Positions 60,049 through 64,000 of a stretch of DNA of 64,000 nt are shown here, one piece after another. The DNA comes from Thermodesulfobacteriota bacterium. Its GTDB lineage: Bacteria > Desulfobacterota > Desulfobulbia > Desulfobulbales > SURF-16. The DNA lies in assembly GCA_040755455.1 (NCBI GenBank), contig JBFMAY010000005.1:1-64000 (forward strand), read 5' to 3'. A program made the position numbers and the translations under genes. The notes under the pieces were generated by a model. The model was not told where the DNA came from, did no database searches, and saw only the letters and a program-made list of their open reading frames with translations. The stretch's first letter is position 1; the number at the start of each line of letters is the position of its first letter.

Positions 60049-61158
60049 ATGAAAGATATATTCTTCCGGAAGATACCCCCCTTGATTTATTTTCTTGCAG
60101 GGCTTGTCCTGTTCTGGTGGTTTTTTGTCAGATCGGACCAGTCTCTCATCAAGCCGAATGCCGCGCCCCGGGCGGTCACGGCCCGGGGCGACCTGGCCGC
60201 TGATGAGCGCAATACCATTGAGCTGTTCCAGGCAACCTCGCCTGCCGTTGTTTACATAACCAGCATCGAATTGCGGCGGAATCTGTTCAACCTGAACATT
60301 TATGAGATACCCAAGGGTACCGGCTCCGGTTTTATCTGGGATCAGGAGGGCCGGATTGTCACAAATTATCATGTCATTGAGGATGCCAACCAGGTGCAGG
60401 TCACCCTTGCCGATAACAGCACGTGGAAGGCCGTGCTGGTTGGAGCTTCCGCGGACAAGGATATTGCGGTTCTGAAGATTTCCGCGCCTGGAAAAAATTT
60501 AAAACCGATTCCCGTGGGAGAATCCGCCAGCCTGCTGGTCGGCCAGAAGGTTTTTGCCATAGGCAATCCGTTTGGTCTTGACCAGACCATCACCGCGGGG
60601 ATCGTCAGCGCCCTCGGCCGTGAAATAAAATCGGCCAACGGCATGACCATTCATGATGTCATTCAGACGGATGCCGCCATTAATCCGGGCAATTCCGGCG
60701 GACCTCTGCTTGACAGCGCCGGCCGTCTCATCGGGGTGAACACGGCCATCTACAGTCCGGATGGGGTCAACGCCGGCATCGGCTTTGCCGTTCCTGCCGA
60801 CGAAGTAAACCGGGTGGTTACCGAGATTATCAAGCATGGCCGCCTGATCAGGCCGGGACTAGGCGTGTCGGTGGCCAACGAAAGGCTGGTGGAGCGGCTG
60901 GGCATCGAGGGTGTGCTGGTTGTCCAGGTGGAGAGTGGCAGTTCGGCGGAGAAGGCCGGCATCCGCGGCGCGAGAAGAATCGGAGGCGAACTTCTGTTAG
61001 GTGATATCATTGTCGGCCTGAATGGCAAACCAATTACAAATCTTGATGATCTGCGCCGGGAAATGGAGCGTTACCAGGTTGGCGACGAGGTGACCTTGAA
61101 GGTCATTCGTGATGGTAAGGAATTTCAGGTCAAGGTTATTCTGGATGCGGTAGGATAA
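60049..61158 (+). CDS. HtrA/DegP-like serine protease (S1C) with single PDZ
   Basis: GTGSGFIW, VTNYHV, DIAVL, IQTDAAINPGNSGGPL, C-terminal PDZ. Confidence 0.95.
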   Translation: MKDIFFRKIPPLIYFLAGLVLFWWFFVRSDQSLIKPNAAPRAVTARGDLAADERNTIELFQATSPAVVYITSIELRRNLFNLNIYEIPKGTGSGFIWDQEGRIVTNYHVIEDANQVQVTLADNSTWKAVLVGASADKDIAVLKISAPGKNLKPIPVGESASLLVGQKVFAIGNPFGLDQTITAGIVSALGREIKSANGMTIHDVIQTDAAINPGNSGGPLLDSAGRLIGVNTAIYSPDGVNAGIGFAVPADEVNRVVTEIIKHGRLIRPGLGVSVANERLVERLGIEGVLVVQVESGSSAEKAGIRGARRIGGELLLGDIIVGLNGKPITNLDDLRREMERYQVGDEVTLKVIRDGKEFQVKVILDAVG

Positions 61159-61186
61159 GTGCCTCTATGAAAAACAGGACAAGGCC

Positions 61187-62548
61187 GTGACCTGGTGGAC
61201 GCGGGCGCTTAAAAGCGTCATTTCCTTTGATGACGGTCAGAGACTGGATTTGTTCAGGATTTTCCCGGCATTCAGAAGATTTCTGGCGGCACGACACCAT
61301 TACGCCCTGCTGCGTACCGGTGCGGACATCCTTTTTGTGCTGGTGCTTATTTCCGGTTTTTTCGGTCCCCAGGATGCGCGGCGCAATATTGCTGTTTTTC
61401 TGACCTGGGGCATCCTGTGGCCCGCCATTGTTCTGTCCTGGTTTTTTGTCGGCCGCATGTGGTGCGGCATTTGTCCGTTTCCCGGGCTTGGTGTTTTTCT
61501 GCAGAGACGGGGATGGACGTTTTCCCTCAACGTTCCGCGCTTCCTGCAGAAATACGGGGTGTACATCGCCGTTTTCCTGCTGGCCCTCATCATCTGGTTT
61601 GAGACGGTTACCGGCTTGAATGAATGGCCGGCCGGCACTTCGTATCTTGTTCTTTCCATCGTGATCGGGGCGGCGGTGATGGCGGTACTTTTTCAGGGCC
61701 AGTCATGGTGCCGCCATCTCTGCCCGCTGGGACGGATCAGTGGAGCGGCGGCGACGATTTCCATTACCGAGTTCAGGGCTGACCATGATAAATGCCGGGG
61801 ATGTAAAAGCGTTTCCTGTAAAAAAGGGGCGGATACGAGTCGCGGCTGTCCTGTCTATCTTGGCGCGGTTTCCGTGCAGAATAATCTGCATTGTCTGGTC
61901 TGCGGCCATTGTCTTCCTCTCTGCGACCGTGATTCGCCGCAGTTCCTTTTGCGCAATCCGTATAACGAGCTTATCCGCAACGCCGGCAAATATAAAACCT
62001 GTACCTACACCGTGCCTTTTCTCATCGGCTCCCAGATTGCCCGTTTCATGAGGGAAAAGCCGGTTTACAGTCAGGCGCTCGACTATTTCGCCATCTCCGA
62101 TTCGCTGCTTTTCAGTCTCCTGCTGGGCATCTGTATTTTCATTGTGCTGCTGGTGATAAGACTCGGGACAAAACTCTTCGGGGTAGTGGACAATGACCCC
62201 ATTGTCGGCAAGTTGTCGCCCATGGTGCCCATCCTTATCCCCATGGCCTTTACCGGCGAGCTTGTTTACCGCATGGCCCATTTTGCCGAGGGTATCGGTG
62301 ATTTCATCCCCACCATCGGCAGGCAGTTCGGGCTGCCGATCCTTGAAAGGATATCCTTTTCCATCCCGGTGTTTCCGGTGCAGGTGCTGTCAGCCTTTTT
62401 CATGATGAACGGCGCCATTGCCGGCGGCTACATCCTGTGGCGTTATTGTCTCGGGCCTTTTGAGGGATTCGTTGATTTGAAACACTTTGTGATTATTCAT
62501 CTTCTGCTGGGCGGCGCTCTGTTCAGCTATCTGCTGGTGATTTTTTAG
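61187..62548 (+). CDS. Polytopic 4Fe-4S binding membrane protein (NapH/RdxA/NosR-like)
   Basis: GRMWCGICP, WCRHLCPLG, CRGC...C, CLVCGHCLPLC, multiple TMs. Confidence 0.85.
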   Translation: MTWWTRALKSVISFDDGQRLDLFRIFPAFRRFLAARHHYALLRTGADILFVLVLISGFFGPQDARRNIAVFLTWGILWPAIVLSWFFVGRMWCGICPFPGLGVFLQRRGWTFSLNVPRFLQKYGVYIAVFLLALIIWFETVTGLNEWPAGTSYLVLSIVIGAAVMAVLFQGQSWCRHLCPLGRISGAAATISITEFRADHDKCRGCKSVSCKKGADTSRGCPVYLGAVSVQNNLHCLVCGHCLPLCDRDSPQFLLRNPYNELIRNAGKYKTCTYTVPFLIGSQIARFMREKPVYSQALDYFAISDSLLFSLLLGICIFIVLLVIRLGTKLFGVVDNDPIVGKLSPMVPILIPMAFTGELVYRMAHFAEGIGDFIPTIGRQFGLPILERISFSIPVFPVQVLSAFFMMNGAIAGGYILWRYCLGPFEGFVDLKHFVIIHLLLGGALFSYLLVIF

Positions 62549-63617
62549 AGAGTGCATCATGTTGTTCGGTTTTATGCCGTTTTCTGGTTGACAGCAATGT
62601 TTTGCCCTTGTCCCTGGCGATTTCCCTCATTGACTGCGTGGGGTCTGTCTCGTCAATGATTTCCTGCCCGACAATCTCCTCGATGATATCTTCAAGGCTG
62701 ATAACACCCGTCATGCCGCCATATTCGTCCACAACGCAGAAGAGGTGCTGTCTGCGTTCAAAAAATTCAAGCAGGATGGTGTTGAGCTGGGCGGTTTCCG
62801 GGACAAAATGAACCGGTTTCATCAGGGAGGCGAGGGTGCGGCGTTCTTCCCCCTCCGCGACACACAGCCAAACATCTTTGCGCAGAACGATGCCGACGAT
62901 GTCATCGGGGTTGTCGTCGTATACCGGGACCCGGCTGTGCCGGTTCCACTGGTCCTTCATGAGCTGGGCTTCGGCAACAGACAGGTTTTTATCCAGGGTA
63001 AAGGTAACGGTGCGGGGAGTCATGGCCTCCCTGACGGTTTTTCTTTTCAGGTCTATGATGTTTTTGATAATCCCTTCCTGCTGGGTGTCGATCACCCCTG
63101 ATTTCCTGCTGAGCACGGTCATGGCGTGAATTTCTTCCGCGGAAATCTCGGTTTTTTTATCATAACCCGGGATGACCATCGTGGTATGTTTGATAACCCA
63201 GACTATGGGAGAAAGAATTTTTATCAGACCGTAAAGAGGAACGGCTATCCATGGAGCAATTTCCTTGCTGTAAACAACCCCGAGGGCCTTGGGAAGAATT
63301 CCAGATAAGATGAGGATGGTGAAGGTGAAGAGGGCGGAAAAGAGACTGAGATACGTGTCGCCGAAAACCGCGGCGGCATACCCTCCGGCAATGGCTGCGC
63401 CCATGGTGTTGGCTATGGTGTTGAGGGTAAGAATGGCGGAAATGGGTTGCTCGATATTGTTTTTGAGCCCTTTCAACAACCGGCCGGAGGGTTTGCCTGA
63501 TTTGGCGAGAATTTCGATCCGGCTTGCCGGCACGGAGTAAAGCACCGCCTCAATGATGCTGCACAGGGCGGAAACGAGGATGGCAATACCGGCTGCCAGG
63601 CAAAGTTTTACTAACAA
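62523..63617 (-). CDS. CNNM/CBS-domain (hemolysin-family, CorC-like) membrane protein
   Basis: SALCSIIEAVLYSV, ILTLNTIANT.GA, MTPR, SRVPVY, VVDEYGG..G.ISLEDIIEEIVG.EI.DETD. Confidence 0.92.
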   Translation of the reverse strand: MLVKLCLAAGIAILVSALCSIIEAVLYSVPASRIEILAKSGKPSGRLLKGLKNNIEQPISAILTLNTIANTMGAAIAGGYAAAVFGDTYLSLFSALFTFTILILSGILPKALGVVYSKEIAPWIAVPLYGLIKILSPIVWVIKHTTMVIPGYDKKTEISAEEIHAMTVLSRKSGVIDTQQEGIIKNIIDLKRKTVREAMTPRTVTFTLDKNLSVAEAQLMKDQWNRHSRVPVYDDNPDDIVGIVLRKDVWLCVAEGEERRTLASLMKPVHFVPETAQLNTILLEFFERRQHLFCVVDEYGGMTGVISLEDIIEEIVGQEIIDETDPTQSMREIARDKGKTLLSTRKRHKTEQHDALSKKSPADS

Positions 63618-63654
63618 GTGTTATCGAGTTAAGTGGTGGTGAGAAAGAATAAGT

Positions 63655-64000
63655 TTAATGCGATGTAATCTCCGGCTGGGAAACTTTTCCGGAGCTTTCT
63701 GCGAGAAATTCTTCTATTTTCTGCTGTTGCTCAAGGCTCAACTCCCCGAACTGCACGCCGTTCCGCCGGATGATGGTTGATCCGGTGGGATGAATCGGAG
63801 CGGAGTCGGTCGAGGTTATCGTTTTGCATGGGATGTTTTCAAGATAAAAACCGCTGGAGCTGTTTAAGATGCCGAGTTCAAAATAGGGATTCTGGGTGAT
63901 GTCCTTACTGGTCAGAAAGCGAAAAGCAAGACCGCCTTTGCTGATGTTGATGATCTGGCCAAAGGTTGTTTCATTGAAGACAAGGATGTCATCAGCCAGA
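63655..64000 (-). CDS. PilZ domain protein (5' end outside the window)
   Basis: Manual translation of the minus strand: ...FGQIINISKGGLAF...RRNGVQFGELS...H*; open to the window edge. Confidence 0.75.
   Translation of the reverse strand, partial: LADDILVFNETTFGQIINISKGGLAFRFLTSKDITQNPYFELGILNSSSGFYLENIPCKTITSTDSAPIHPTGSTIIRRNGVQFGELSLEQQQKIEEFLAESSGKVSQPEITSH

Noticed and set aside
61167..61190. ATG...TGA just before the polyferredoxin gene as possible selenocysteine read-through
   Set aside because: The short ORF is in a different frame from the 61187 ORF and no SECIS-like context is evident.

Overview
A gene-dense, GC-rich bacterial chromosomal window. Gene content (futalosine menaquinone pathway, class II RNR, many NtrB-type kinases, HDOD/FapA) suggests a Desulfobacterota/deltaproteobacterial host such as Desulfobulbales; this is inference. 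In order it contains: small structured intergenic units, thioesterase + truA-like, an RND pump pair, two secreted paralogues with Ile/Met heptad repeats, a U32/RlhA-like protein and a DnaJ-class chaperone. Next come a ~20-kb two-component/c-di-GMP signalling island (13.3-33.5 kb), ssb, an SplB-like radical SAM, a NarL-type TCS, nrdJ with an NrdR box and a diguanylate cyclase. A TetR-headed mqnE-mqnC-deaminase-mqnA-menG-ubiX-mqnP cluster follows, carrying REP/REPIN elements. The rest is an acidic repeat protein behind a structured leader, a KAP NTPase-FGE/CLec fusion, HD-GYP, typA, yihY, GGDEF-PilZ, a stand-alone FliF-C-terminus-like protein, HtrA, a polyferredoxin membrane protein, a CNNM protein and a partial PilZ gene. 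The top lead is the KAP NTPase-CLec fusion, whose last ~135 nt look like a diversity-generating retroelement (DGR) variable region with no RT or template repeat in the window. Other leads are the secreted heptad-repeat paralogue pair and the FliF-tail mimic. No rRNA, tRNA, CRISPR array or intact transposase was found. All calls come from motif reading by eye; no database searches were run.
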